From Thermodesulfobacteriota bacterium (lineage in GTDB: Bacteria; Desulfobacterota; Desulfarculia; JACQYL01), in assembly GCA_963675595.2 (NCBI GenBank), contig CAXXLZ010000003.1, forward strand, positions 96,001 through 160,000: a stretch of 64,000 nt of DNA, written 5' to 3'. Each line of letters opens with the position of its first letter. Within the stretch, counting starts at the first letter, position 1. A model generated the notes under the pieces. That model saw only the letters and a list, made by a program, of their open reading frames with translations. It ran no database searches and had not been told where the DNA came from. Both the position numbers and the translations under genes were made by a program. This document shows, piece after piece, positions 49,296-59,492 of the stretch.

Positions 49296-50657
49296 TTAAT
49301 CGGTCAGCCCCAGACTCTTCATCTTTTTGTGGAGGTGGCTTCTTTCAATCCCTATGGCTGCGGCGGTCTGGGAAACATTGCCTCCGTGCTCCGCGAGTTT
49401 CCCGGCGATGTAAGCCCGCTCGAATTGCTGGCGGGCTTCTCGAAGGGTGGGGGCACCCAAACCTCCCTGAGCCGCGTCCGTAGATTCCTTTCGATGCAGA
49501 AAGCGTGAAATCAGGTCCTCGGGTATTTCCTCCTCGGGGGATAATATAGCCAACCGTTCCATGAAGTTTTTCAACTCTCTGACGTTGCCGGGCCAGCGAT
49601 ATTGAGTGAGGATCGCCAATCCTCCGGTGGTGAGCCTCTTAGGCTTTCCACCTGTGGATTTCGCGTATGCCTTGAGGAATTCCTCGGCCAGTTCCGGAAT
49701 GTCCTCGGTACGTTCTCTAAGCGGAGGCACCACAATGGGAATGACGTTCAAACGGTAGTACAGGTCCTCTCGAAACCTCCCTTGTTCGATTTCCTTCTCC
49801 AAGTCTTTGTTGGTGGCGGCCAAGACTCTTACGTCCACCGTTATGGTCTTGCTGCCGCCAACGCGTTCGAAACGCCTTTCCTGGAGGATCCGCAGTATCT
49901 TGGACTGGGTCTTCATGCTCATGTCGCCGATTTCGTCCAGGAACAGAGTCCCTTGATGAGCAAGATCGAACTTCCCTTTCTTCCTGGCAACGGCTCCGGT
50001 GAAAGATCCTTTTTCATGGCCGAAGAGTTCACTTTCGATGAGCTCTTCCGGGATGGCCGCGCAGTTCATTTCGATGAGAGGCTTGTCCGAACGCCGGCTG
50101 AGCTGATGGACCGCATGGGCGACCAGTTCCTTACCGGTACCGTTTTCTCCGGTTATCAGCACGTTGGCTTGGGTGGGAGCAACGATTTCGATCTGCTCCT
50201 TCAGCTTCTGAATGTTGGTGCTGCCGCCGAGAATGCGTCTCGAAAAAGAGGTCTTTTCGCGAAGAATAATGTTTTCTCGGGTGAGTTGGCCATATCTCAA
50301 GGCGTTGGTTACGGTGACCAGTACCTTGTCCAGTGAGAGAGGCTTCTCCAGGAAATCAAAGGCTCCGAGCCGAGTGGCTTTGATTGCGGTTTCAATGGTT
50401 CCATGACCGCTGATCATAATCACCGGAGTCAAGGGATTAATCTCTCTGAGGCGCTCCAACACCTCGATGCCGTCCATGCCGGGGAGCCAGATATCGAGAA
50501 AGACCAAGTCCGGCTCGGCTTCTTCGCAAAGCTTTAGAGCCTCTTCGCCGTTCAGGACGGTTGATACGCGGTAGCCTTCATCCTCCAATATTCCTTGTAG
50601 AGACTGGAGAATGCTCTTTTCGTCGTCGACGATGACTATGGAAGGGTGACCGGTCAT
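49296..50657 (-). CDS. ntrX: NtrX-like sigma-54 response regulator
   Basis: FLDIWLPG, ISGHG, GENGTGKE, GSFTGA, HTH IERSHLHKK; follows ntrY. Confidence 0.85.
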   Translation of the reverse strand: MTGHPSIVIVDDEKSILQSLQGILEDEGYRVSTVLNGEEALKLCEEAEPDLVFLDIWLPGMDGIEVLERLREINPLTPVIMISGHGTIETAIKATRLGAFDFLEKPLSLDKVLVTVTNALRYGQLTRENIILREKTSFSRRILGGSTNIQKLKEQIEIVAPTQANVLITGENGTGKELVAHAVHQLSRRSDKPLIEMNCAAIPEELIESELFGHEKGSFTGAVARKKGKFDLAHQGTLFLDEIGDMSMKTQSKILRILQERRFERVGGSKTITVDVRVLAATNKDLEKEIEQGRFREDLYYRLNVIPIVVPPLRERTEDIPELAEEFLKAYAKSTGGKPKRLTTGGLAILTQYRWPGNVRELKNFMERLAILSPEEEIPEDLISRFLHRKESTDAAQGGLGAPTLREARQQFERAYIAGKLAEHGGNVSQTAAAIGIERSHLHKKMKSLGLTD

Positions 50658-50658
50658 T

Positions 50659-52884
50659 CTATTTCCTCACCGGTAGTTCAATCACGAATCGGGTACCCCT
50701 GGGTTCATTGTCCCTCACCCGGATGAACCCGTCGTGATCCTGAATGATCGTGTTGACAATTGCGAGTCCGAGTCCGGTCCCGGACTTTTTCGTGGAAAAA
50801 TAGGGCTCGAAAAGCCTGGGTCTATCTTCCGGCGGGATTCCGGGTCCGTCATCTGTCATTTCGATGCGCGCCATATTCAGAATGGGGTCGTAGTCCACCA
50901 GGATTTCGATTACCCCCTTGCCGGAATCCATTACCGCCACCGCATTGTCCAGCAGGTTTACAAAGACCCGTTTCATTTGTTCTCGATCGAGATTAAACGG
51001 GGGAACCGGATGGATTATCCGATAACGGAACTCGATTTCTTTGTGAGATTCTTTGTATAGGGGCAGCGTTTCATCAACTACGTCCGTCAGCTGATTCATG
51101 GTGGGATTGACCGAGGGCATTCGGGCAAATGCCGAGAACTCATTTACCAGCTTCTTGAGCTCTTCCACCTGACGGACTATGGTTGATGTGCATTCACCGA
51201 AAATATCTCCCGTTTCACAAAACCGGTCCCCGTAACGTTTCTGCAGTCGTTGGGCGCACAATTGGATCGGGGTGAGAGGGTTCTTAATCTCGTGAGCGAT
51301 CCTCCGAGCCACCTCTCTCCAAGCACTGATCCTCTGGGCCTTTTCGATTTCCGACAGATCGTCGAGAACAACCACCATTCCCATGTATCTGTCGTCTTCG
51401 TCTCTAAGCAGATTCACTTTCACCAGGAGTGTCAGCATGGAGTTTCCAACTGGAATCTTTACCTGGCGTTCCAGGGTACCGCTCTTGAGAAGGCGAACTT
51501 CGTCTATGAACTGCTGGATGAGTTGACCATAAGGCGAAGATAGGAACTCTCCGATTTCTCGATTGAGCAGTCGTTCAGCCTTAACACTGATCATTCTTTC
51601 CACCGACCGATTGATCGTGGTGATCCGTCCGAGTGAATCCACCGAAATCACGCCCGCCGCGACGTTCTTAAGAACGACTTCCATGTACCTGCGCCGCTGT
51701 TCGACTTCCACGTTTCGGCGCAGGAGTTCGCGGTTCGTCTTGTCCAATTCCCGCCGACTCTTTTTCAAATCCTGCGCCATCCGGTTGAACGACGTAACCA
51801 ACGTTCCGATTTCGTCCTTGGACTCCGGTTCGATCTGAACGTCGTAGTTGCCGTGGGCCACACTGTTCGTTGCCTCGGCCAACTTGCGCACAGGGTCGGT
51901 AAGTTCTCTGGAAAGATAGAAGCCGTACCACGTGGCGAAGAACAGAATAATAAGGGTCACGGCGGAAAGAATGATGTAATGGGTGACCTTGATGGGGCTC
52001 TTGAGCAGAACCGCCTGCTTGTAACTCTCATATCCATTGGAGACCAGTTCCATTTTCTCAACCAAAGCGGACGGTACAAGCGCAGCGGCCACCACCAGGC
52101 TACGTTCCGCCCCTCGTCGTTCCCGCTTATCGAGGGGCGCCAAAGCGATAAGCCAATCCCCTTCCTTTCGCGAAATAACCCTGGGTTCCGGCAACTTTCC
52201 CGCCATGGATGCGGCAACCACATCGGCTGGAAGAGAGCGGGCGGGATCAAACCACGAATATCCTTCGCCCACGGTGATCCAGCTCCCCTTGTCCGGTCGG
52301 TACAAGCATACGAAGGATAGCGGAGAACGAGAAATCTCCTCCTCCATTGCCGCTTCCAGCGTCTTACGGTCGGCGGTGGGGGTATTCCCGAGATGCACGG
52401 CCATGCGGTTTCCCGCCCGGACGGCGTCGTCCTTCATCCTCTGATAGAACTCCGTCCCCAGATCCAGAGAGTTCTGGAGGGACCGTTCCACGTTCAGATT
52501 AAACCAATGCTCGACGCTGGAGGAAATGAACTGAATGGAAAGAAAGAAAAGCAGAATGGTCGGCATCAAGGACAGGGATGTGAACGCTACGACCAATCGG
52601 GTTCTCAGACGTGAGCCCAGAATCTTCCTGCGCCGTTCGAAAACCAGTTTTACTAAGTTCCTTACTACTAGAAAGATGAGCAGCAGCAGCAGGGTGGTAT
52701 TGATGTTGATGAGGGCGAAAAAGAGAACGCTGTTATAAAAGGGAAGCCCCATACCCATGCGAAGCGAATGGACTTCCACGTAGGTGACCACCGCCATCAC
52801 CAGAAGAATGACGAAGATCGCGGTCCTTTCCCGGCGTCGTCTGCGGTATTCCTTTTCGTCGAGATGGGGGTCGATCTGCACCAT
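50659..52884 (-). CDS. ntrY: NtrY-like HAMP/PAS sensor histidine kinase
   Basis: GSRLRTRLV, HAMP, PAS, AWREVARRIAHEIKNPLTPIQL, GTGLGL. Confidence 0.88.
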   Translation of the reverse strand: MVQIDPHLDEKEYRRRRRERTAIFVILLVMAVVTYVEVHSLRMGMGLPFYNSVLFFALININTTLLLLLIFLVVRNLVKLVFERRRKILGSRLRTRLVVAFTSLSLMPTILLFFLSIQFISSSVEHWFNLNVERSLQNSLDLGTEFYQRMKDDAVRAGNRMAVHLGNTPTADRKTLEAAMEEEISRSPLSFVCLYRPDKGSWITVGEGYSWFDPARSLPADVVAASMAGKLPEPRVISRKEGDWLIALAPLDKRERRGAERSLVVAAALVPSALVEKMELVSNGYESYKQAVLLKSPIKVTHYIILSAVTLIILFFATWYGFYLSRELTDPVRKLAEATNSVAHGNYDVQIEPESKDEIGTLVTSFNRMAQDLKKSRRELDKTNRELLRRNVEVEQRRRYMEVVLKNVAAGVISVDSLGRITTINRSVERMISVKAERLLNREIGEFLSSPYGQLIQQFIDEVRLLKSGTLERQVKIPVGNSMLTLLVKVNLLRDEDDRYMGMVVVLDDLSEIEKAQRISAWREVARRIAHEIKNPLTPIQLCAQRLQKRYGDRFCETGDIFGECTSTIVRQVEELKKLVNEFSAFARMPSVNPTMNQLTDVVDETLPLYKESHKEIEFRYRIIHPVPPFNLDREQMKRVFVNLLDNAVAVMDSGKGVIEILVDYDPILNMARIEMTDDGPGIPPEDRPRLFEPYFSTKKSGTGLGLAIVNTIIQDHDGFIRVRDNEPRGTRFVIELPVRK

Positions 52885-52893
52885 GAGGATGCC

Positions 52894-53520
52894 TTATCTG
52901 TTTCCCGGCGGATACCCCTCGTATGTGAGAGCTGCTTCGTACCAGTCGGTTTTGAAGTCCCAAAGAGAGACGAAAAACAGCACGTAATGCAAATAGAGAG
53001 GTAGACGGACTTTGTTGAGTTCCGCTCGAACCCTCAGCAGATACGTTTCGTTCGGCCGGAGTCGTCCGGTCTCGATCAACTTGACCCCGTTCAGTTCCGT
53101 GAGAAGAATCTTCGCTTCGTTGAAATCCTTCACCGCCGTGGTGGACTGGGTATTCTTGTCCGCCGACGAAACTGAGAATTGTTGCTTGAGGGGATTGTAT
53201 TTGATGGTGTGGTCGACGGTAAGGCTGTTGAGCTCCTGATCCCACCAAAAAGCTACTTTTCTGTAAAATTCAATTCGAAAAGTGAAGGTCGTGGCGATTC
53301 CGCTCAGGATAGCCCTATTCATCTCCTGGGTGAAACTGTTCTTGACCCGACAGTAAAGAAGCAGGTGATCCCCTGTGGGAGTAATGAGGACATCGTCGAT
53401 GATTGCCCGTTCCGCGGAGGCAAGGCTCGGAAACAGTGCCGTCGGCACTAACAGAGTGGTGAGGAATATCACTAGATAACGAACAAAAAGAGATTTCATG
53501 AGCAGCCGTTTAATGCCCAT
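52894..53520 (-). CDS. DUF4390 family periplasmic protein
   Basis: Signal peptide; AILSGI..TFTF; LPLYLHYVLFFVSLWDFKTDW; conserved position upstream of ntrY. Confidence 0.75.
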   Translation of the reverse strand: MGIKRLLMKSLFVRYLVIFLTTLLVPTALFPSLASAERAIIDDVLITPTGDHLLLYCRVKNSFTQEMNRAILSGIATTFTFRIEFYRKVAFWWDQELNSLTVDHTIKYNPLKQQFSVSSADKNTQSTTAVKDFNEAKILLTELNGVKLIETGRLRPNETYLLRVRAELNKVRLPLYLHYVLFFVSLWDFKTDWYEAALTYEGYPPGNR

Positions 53521-53790
53521 CGAGTTCGTATCGGTAGCAGGGCGCGGAAATGCACCCGGATCGGAACACGACCATGGATTTCGGGAAGCGAAACCACGCC
53601 CCGGAACATGTCGCGATTCCGGAAGCACGCTTTTGTAGTCCGGAGCTCGAAAGGCGGGGAGTTCAGCGACTTGCCGACCTTACAAGAGTATTAAGCTACA
53701 CGCTCGTGAAATGCAAGTCGAAACCATCACGGGGCGTGACGGTGGAGCATGGGGCGGCATGGCTTGGGGGTAATGAGGCCCGGGAAAAGA

Positions 53791-54720
53791 TCAGGCCACG
53801 AGAGGCTGCGGGCAGGGAAAAAACTCTCGCGTTTCCTTACCCGCCCAATGGAACAGAACTTCATCGAAGCAGGCAAGATGCCAGTAATCAGGATTTTCTT
53901 TCAACGTTCGAACGACTTGGTGGTTCAAAGAATGTCCCGACTTGTGTACGGAGCATTCCCCCATTAAGGGATAACCCAGCAGCGCAACGTCGCCGATGAA
54001 ATCGAGGACTTTGTGGCGTACGAACTCGTCAGGGTATCTCAGCCCTTCCTCATTGAGAATGCGGTGCTCATCGAGGACTACGGCATTTTCCAGGGACCCC
54101 CCCAGAGCCAAGCCGTTCCTCCTCATGTATTCAACATCCTTCAGGAAACCGAAGGTCCTGGCTCCCGCGATATCTCGCTCGAAGTTTTCCTGGTTCAGTT
54201 CGAAGAAAATCTCCTGGCCGGTGACCATGGGGTGATGGAAATCGATGGAATAACGGATGGTCGTTTGGTGGGATGGATAAAGCTCAACGAACTTGTCCCC
54301 ATCTTGGACTCGCAGGGTCCGATCAATCCGAATGAATTTTCGGAGCGCTTTCTGACTTACCGTGCCTGCGGTCTTCAATAGGGAGACGAAGGGCGCGGCG
54401 CTGCCGTCCATAATGGGAACTTCGGGCCCACCCACTTCAACTTCCAGATTGTCGATGCCCAGACCCGCCACGGCGGCCATGAGGTGTTCAACCGTGGAAA
54501 TCCTCGCTCCATTACTACCGAGGCTTGTGGCTAGTGTGGTATCCACCACACGTTCAGCCACCGCCTCGATCACCGGCTTGGACGGCAGGTCTCCTCGTAC
54601 GAACCGTACTCCGCTGTCCGGGCCGGCCGGCCTTAACACCAGATCGATTCTTTCGCCACTGTGAAGCCCGATCCCGCAGGATCGGACTTCGTTTTGAATT
54701 GTCTTCTGGTGCAAGGCCAC
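53791..54720 (-). CDS. lpxC: UDP-3-O-acyl-N-acetylglucosamine deacetylase
   Basis: GIGLHSG, TVEHLMAA, PIMDGSA, ARTFGF, EFVRHKVLD, KSGH. Confidence 0.95.
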   Translation of the reverse strand: MALHQKTIQNEVRSCGIGLHSGERIDLVLRPAGPDSGVRFVRGDLPSKPVIEAVAERVVDTTLATSLGSNGARISTVEHLMAAVAGLGIDNLEVEVGGPEVPIMDGSAAPFVSLLKTAGTVSQKALRKFIRIDRTLRVQDGDKFVELYPSHQTTIRYSIDFHHPMVTGQEIFFELNQENFERDIAGARTFGFLKDVEYMRRNGLALGGSLENAVVLDEHRILNEEGLRYPDEFVRHKVLDFIGDVALLGYPLMGECSVHKSGHSLNHQVVRTLKENPDYWHLACFDEVLFHWAGKETREFFPCPQPLVA

Positions 54721-54762
54721 AACCAACTCTCCTCTTCTCCTTCTCCTTGAGGCCGAACTTAA

Positions 54763-54778
54763 TGCAAGCATCGGACCA
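54763..54778 (-). promoter_or_regulatory. Sigma-54 promoter of lpxC
   Basis: Minus strand TGGTCCGATGCTTGCA (GG-N10-GC); IHF-like tttcaagcactta at 54805-54817. Confidence 0.65.
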
Positions 54779-54871
54779 TTTCAAACGGTCCTCTTTATTC
54801 TTTTTAAGTGCTTGAAATCGCAGGATGAGTTATCCAAGGGAAGTCCGATTCGCATTCCGGTACCCAGGCAC

Positions 54872-54920
54872 TGTGGCGGTATGCACACAGCTAACGCCAT
54901 TGTGTGGGTTTTTTCGCACA
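54872..54920. promoter_or_regulatory. Tandem TGTG-N10-CACA enhancer-like boxes
   Basis: tgtggcggtatgcacaca (54872-54889) and tgtgggttttttcgcaca (54903-54920), 31 bp apart. Confidence 0.55.
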
Positions 54921-55182
54921 TCCGCTTGACGGTTCCGAGTCCGCAATACCGTTTCCGGGACCTTGGGTGCGAACACTCCACGGTCACAGGAAACGCGGAC
55001 AAAGAGGCAACCGGAGACAAAGACCGACGGAATCGGCCGCCGTTATATCCTACACGATCATTACTTCTCGATGCGCAAGCCGGCCTGCGGTTCTCGCATC
55101 CCCTCCGTGAAGGAGCTTTGTGATTGACTTGATTCCAGGAGACTCCTAAGTTCTCTCAACTTCTGTTCCGGAGGTCCCAATC

Positions 55183-56463
55183 ATGTCGTTTATCGCCGAT
55201 CTGCATGTGCACTCTCGCTTCTCCGTGGCCACGAGCAAGGATATGGACTTGCCCCATCTCCACCAATGGGCCGGTATCAAGGGAATATCCCTTATGGCCA
55301 CCGGTGACGTGACTCATCCGACTTGGTGTCGGGAAATTCATGAATCCCTGGTCCCACTGGATTGTGGTCTTTTCGAGCTGAAACCCGAGTGCCGTCTTTC
55401 CGCCGAAGAGATTGGAACACGCGTGGACACGGGGAGCGTTCATTTCATCTTGTCCGCGGAAATCAGCACTATCTACAAAAAGGGGGGCAAGGTCCGCAAG
55501 GTCCATCATCTACTTCTTCTGCCCGATCTGGAAAGCGTTTCCAGACTCAATGACGCTTTGGAGCGTATCGGGAACATTCGTTCCGACGGGAGGCCCATTT
55601 TAGGACTGGACAGCAAGGATCTGCTGGAAATCGCCCTGGGCGTATCGGAAAGAATCCTGTTCATCCCCGCTCATGCATGGACCCCACACTTCAGCGTGCT
55701 CGGAGCCAAGTCCGGGTTTGATTCCATCGAAGAATGCTTCGAGGACTTGACGCCTCACATACATGCCGTCGAAACCGGCCTTTCTTCCGATCCTCCCATG
55801 AACTGGAGAGTGTCCGCTTTGGACGACTACCGGCTGCTTTCCAACTCGGACGCTCACTCCCCGTCCAAGCTGGGACGCAATGCAAACGTCATGGAAACGG
55901 AGTTTTCCTTTGACGGCGTTTCCCGTGCGGTGATGCTCGGAGAAGGTTTGTTGGGGACTTTGGACATGTACCCTGAGGAGGGCAAATATCATTACGATGG
56001 TCATCGAGCCTGCGGCAGGCGGATGAGTCCGGCGGAGACGGTCGCTCACGGTTATCGGTGTCCCGACTGCAATGCGCTCGTAACCGTCGGGGTCATGCAT
56101 CGAGTGGAGGCGCTGGCCGACCGGCCTGCGGGGTACGAGCCGAAAGGAGCGCCGAGCTGCACCCATATCATTCCGTTGATCGAAGTCTTGTCGGAGGTCT
56201 TGAAAGCCGGAGTCAACACCAAGAAGGTCCGAAACGTCTACTTTGATCTGATCCGTCGCCTCGGTCCGGAATTATTCATCCTGCTTGAAGCGCCTTTGGA
56301 ACTGCTGGAAAAAGAAGGTTCCGAACTAATTGCGGAAGGCATCCGAAGGATGAGATGCGGAGAAGTCAACGTCACTCCGGGATACGACGGTGAATTCGGC
56401 AAGGTCCGGTTGTTCGACCCTGGTGAAAGGAGCCGTATTCTCAAACAGACAAGCCTGTTCTGA
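55183..56463 (+). CDS. Endonuclease Q / PHP-domain (TIGR00375-type) protein
   Basis: ADLHVHSRFS, PAHAWTP, ETGLSSDP, SNSDAHS, GKYHYDGHRAC..CPDC, PGYDGEFG. Confidence 0.85.
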   Translation: MSFIADLHVHSRFSVATSKDMDLPHLHQWAGIKGISLMATGDVTHPTWCREIHESLVPLDCGLFELKPECRLSAEEIGTRVDTGSVHFILSAEISTIYKKGGKVRKVHHLLLLPDLESVSRLNDALERIGNIRSDGRPILGLDSKDLLEIALGVSERILFIPAHAWTPHFSVLGAKSGFDSIEECFEDLTPHIHAVETGLSSDPPMNWRVSALDDYRLLSNSDAHSPSKLGRNANVMETEFSFDGVSRAVMLGEGLLGTLDMYPEEGKYHYDGHRACGRRMSPAETVAHGYRCPDCNALVTVGVMHRVEALADRPAGYEPKGAPSCTHIIPLIEVLSEVLKAGVNTKKVRNVYFDLIRRLGPELFILLEAPLELLEKEGSELIAEGIRRMRCGEVNVTPGYDGEFGKVRLFDPGERSRILKQTSLF

Positions 56464-56574
56464 GAGCCGCCGCCGTTGAAAGAGGGTGAATTGCACGGGG
56501 GCGCCTTCCTCGACGGGGCTCGTGCAGCCTCATCGAGGAAAGCGGTCGACAGTCCCGGGGTCCCCAGGTTTCCG

Positions 56575-57246
56575 TCAGCTTCCCAGTGCCTTGCGGTATT
56601 TTGCCAGACGTTCCGAGTACTTCTTATCATCGGGCTGCAAAGTGACCGCTTTCTCAGCCCAGGTGACCGCATCTTCCGTTCTTCCGGCCGCGAAGTAGGC
56701 CTGTGCCAGGGTATCCATGAAGGCGGCGTTGGATTCTCCCGAAAGCTCCACCGCCTTCTCCGCATATTCCACCGCGAGCTTAGGGTCTCGGAACTTCATG
56801 TCCTCGGACGCCGAATAAATCCAGGCGAGATTGTTGTAGGCTCTGGGGTCTTCCGGGGCCAGTTCCACGGCCTTCTCATAATCCGCGATTGCTCTCTTGT
56901 ATACTTTGGTAATGGTGTAACAGACGCCGCGGTTGTAGTAGGCGCTGACGTTCTGGTCGCTGAGTCTCAGAGCTTCATCGAAGTCACGGACCGCTTTTCG
57001 GATTTCACCCAGTCGTTGGTAGGCCACTCCTCTGTCATGATACGCCGGAGCGAATTCCGGGTCTGTTTTTATGGCCTGATCGAAGTAACTGATGGCCTCC
57101 CCGGGGCTGACGGCTTGTTGGCCTTTCAGGTAGTATTCTTCCGCGGTTTCGGCGGACGCGGTCATGGGGAAGCATGCGTATGCCGCTGCGATGACAAAGG
57201 CGGTGATGATTTTCCATGCGTTGGAGTGATCGAGTCTGCCTTTCAT
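56575..57246 (-). CDS. Secreted TPR protein
   Basis: Signal peptide ending ASA; AYHDRG, AYYNRG, YNNLAW, DTLAQAY repeats. Confidence 0.8.
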   Translation of the reverse strand: MKGRLDHSNAWKIITAFVIAAAYACFPMTASAETAEEYYLKGQQAVSPGEAISYFDQAIKTDPEFAPAYHDRGVAYQRLGEIRKAVRDFDEALRLSDQNVSAYYNRGVCYTITKVYKRAIADYEKAVELAPEDPRAYNNLAWIYSASEDMKFRDPKLAVEYAEKAVELSGESNAAFMDTLAQAYFAAGRTEDAVTWAEKAVTLQPDDKKYSERLAKYRKALGS

Positions 57247-57308
57247 GTTGGGTTTTTCTCCTTCCTTCGCTGGTCTTTGGTTGTTCTTCCACGTCCGGGT
57301 AGGGAAAT

Positions 57309-58541
57309 TCAGGGGAGAGGCGTTCGCTTCATCACCGGGAAGTAGAGTTGTCCCCAATGGCGGCTCGAACCGGCGGCGATTTCCGCGTACCGGCCGCTGC
57401 CCCAGAAAACGTCGACCCTTCCGGGTCCCACAATGGCGCCGCCGGTGTCCTGGTTGCATGCGAACCTTCCATAAGGCACCCATTCGGCGGGGTCACCCTT
57501 GGAATCGAGAACCGGTTTGTAACTTTGGACATAGGCCAAGGCCCCCTTGGGAAACAATTCGTCGTCTGTTGCCACGGATCGACCCGGTGTGAGGACGATT
57601 CCGATATTTCCAACAGGCCCGGTGTCGAGGGTTCTGAAAAAGACGTAACTCGGGTTGGCATGAAGAATCCGATCGATTTCTTCCGGATGGTGATGGAGGT
57701 ATTCCTTGATGGCGAACATGGACATGTCTTCTTTTGATATGATTCCCTCATCAATCATCAGTTTGCCGATGCTGTGATAAGGGTGTCCGTTGGAACCTGC
57801 GTAGCCTACGTGAAGCAGCGATCCGTCCGGGAATCGAAGGAGGCCGGACCCTTGAACTTGGAGGAAGAATAGGTCGACGCGGTCTGCGGCATAGGCGATC
57901 TCGAGGCCCCGCCCGCTCAGGGCCCCCTCGCTGATCTCCTCATGAGTATAGTAGGGGACCACTTTGTCGCCCGATAGGCGGCCCAGCGCATAATTCACCC
58001 CGGACTCCGGGAGAAATTCCCGTATCATGACCTTGAGTCGATCCTTGGGAGTCGAATAGAGAGGTATCGAATATAGGGATGAAGGATTCCAGTCCGCCTC
58101 CACCAACGGCTCGTAATAGCCGGTGAACAATACGCCGTCACCGTTCCTGGATCCCACGGAGCGGTACATTACGTAACGATTCTTGATGAACTCGACCAAG
58201 TCGCCGTAGTCGTCGGAGTTCTCCATTTGATCCAACAGCGCCGCCATGGATGCGGCGAGGTGTGCGGCCGAGTACACGTCCCGTCCGTAACGGAACTCCC
58301 TATCGTACGGTACGGTTCGGTAGTATTCGAGACTTCCTTGGACCGCTCTGCGCAACGAATCCATGTCCAAATCATCCGCCAAGGGCGGCCAAGCGTCCGC
58401 CTCGATTCTTACCAAAGCGGTTTCCGCAGTCACCGTCTTCTCGCCGGGCGATGTACAACCCACGGCCGACAGCGCCGCAACACAGAGCAGAAGCAGGATT
58501 CGGAAGTCAAACCAGAGTCTGCGGTTGGAAAAAATCATCAT
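57309..58541 (-). CDS. mltA: Membrane-bound lytic murein transglycosylase A
   Basis: Lipobox AVGC; FTGYYEP, FFLQVQGSG, NPSYVFF, QDTGGAI.GPGRVDVFWG. Confidence 0.92.
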   Translation of the reverse strand: MMIFSNRRLWFDFRILLLLCVAALSAVGCTSPGEKTVTAETALVRIEADAWPPLADDLDMDSLRRAVQGSLEYYRTVPYDREFRYGRDVYSAAHLAASMAALLDQMENSDDYGDLVEFIKNRYVMYRSVGSRNGDGVLFTGYYEPLVEADWNPSSLYSIPLYSTPKDRLKVMIREFLPESGVNYALGRLSGDKVVPYYTHEEISEGALSGRGLEIAYAADRVDLFFLQVQGSGLLRFPDGSLLHVGYAGSNGHPYHSIGKLMIDEGIISKEDMSMFAIKEYLHHHPEEIDRILHANPSYVFFRTLDTGPVGNIGIVLTPGRSVATDDELFPKGALAYVQSYKPVLDSKGDPAEWVPYGRFACNQDTGGAIVGPGRVDVFWGSGRYAEIAAGSSRHWGQLYFPVMKRTPLP

Positions 58542-59077
58542 TGCCGATCCGTTTACGGGTTAACCGGGATAATTTTTGTGAGAAAGGTGTTCGCGGCCCT
58601 GTTGCCGAGCTTCTTGAAAAGGTCGATCGTTTCCATGTCGCAACCGGGGTCCGGGATGCTCTCTGCAATCATCCAACATTGCCGGTGTGCTGCTATGGAC
58701 TCCAAACAACCGGGACTCTACACCAGGACGTCGCAGATCGAATGCCTCCAATCGACACGGAATCCCAGCGGTCCGGCCCTTTTTCCCGGCGATTTCGTGT
58801 ATCAGCACGAATCGTCCGACCGGACCGACGTCCGTCGGAATATCCATCGGTGCGGAATGCGAACTTCGGGCGCGTTGCGGAGTGATGAAGCCCGGGAAAA
58901 ACATCGCCGTCGAATCCTCTTTGGGCGATCCCCGGCAAATGTAAACGATTCGCCGCCCTGGGGCAAGCGGGGGAAACGGGTGTGCACAAAAAGTTGAACG
59001 GGTTCCCTCTTGTGGCCGGCGTAATCGACCCGAAATAAGCCACCGAATGATTTGTCGATGGTCCGGCCGTCCGGTCC

Positions 59078-59107
59078 TGAGAAGAAGGTCGGTGAGAAGA
59101 AGGTCGG
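59078..59107. repeat. Perfect 15-bp tandem duplication
   Basis: tgagaagaaggtcgg x2. Confidence 0.75.
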
Positions 59108-59492
59108 TTGGCAACGCTCGATGCTTCGGGTAACATCAACCCAAGCTCGACCCGCAAAAGGCTTGTCCGTCTCGGGGGAATTCATGGGACTTGCCGATAC
59201 CGCACGGAAAAGCATATTCAAGGGCATTCACCGTGAAAGCCGGGCGGAGGTCGGCTGTTCGAGGCACGGGAGAAGAGAGACGCTTCCGGCCGCGGAGTTG
59301 ATGGTTATTTCGATTCCATGGTGAACGCATACGAGCGATTCGTGAGCTTTGGCGTTACCCGCCCCGGACGGATTTCGCCCTGGTCGGTGAGACCTGTTTG
59401 GCGGCGTTGGATGGAAGTGCGTGGCGTGACTTCCCCGAGGGTTGTTTCACGTGAGCGATTACCGAATTTCTTAAGCCGTAAGGAGCCGGAAC

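Noticed and set aside
56476-57345. 289-aa plus-strand ORF after EndoQ as a possible UvrD continuation
   Set aside because: No helicase motifs; antisense to the TPR gene.
58227-59227. Several 140-256-aa overlapping ORFs
   Set aside because: Mutually overlapping, no motifs or RBS; typical GC-rich spurious ORFs.
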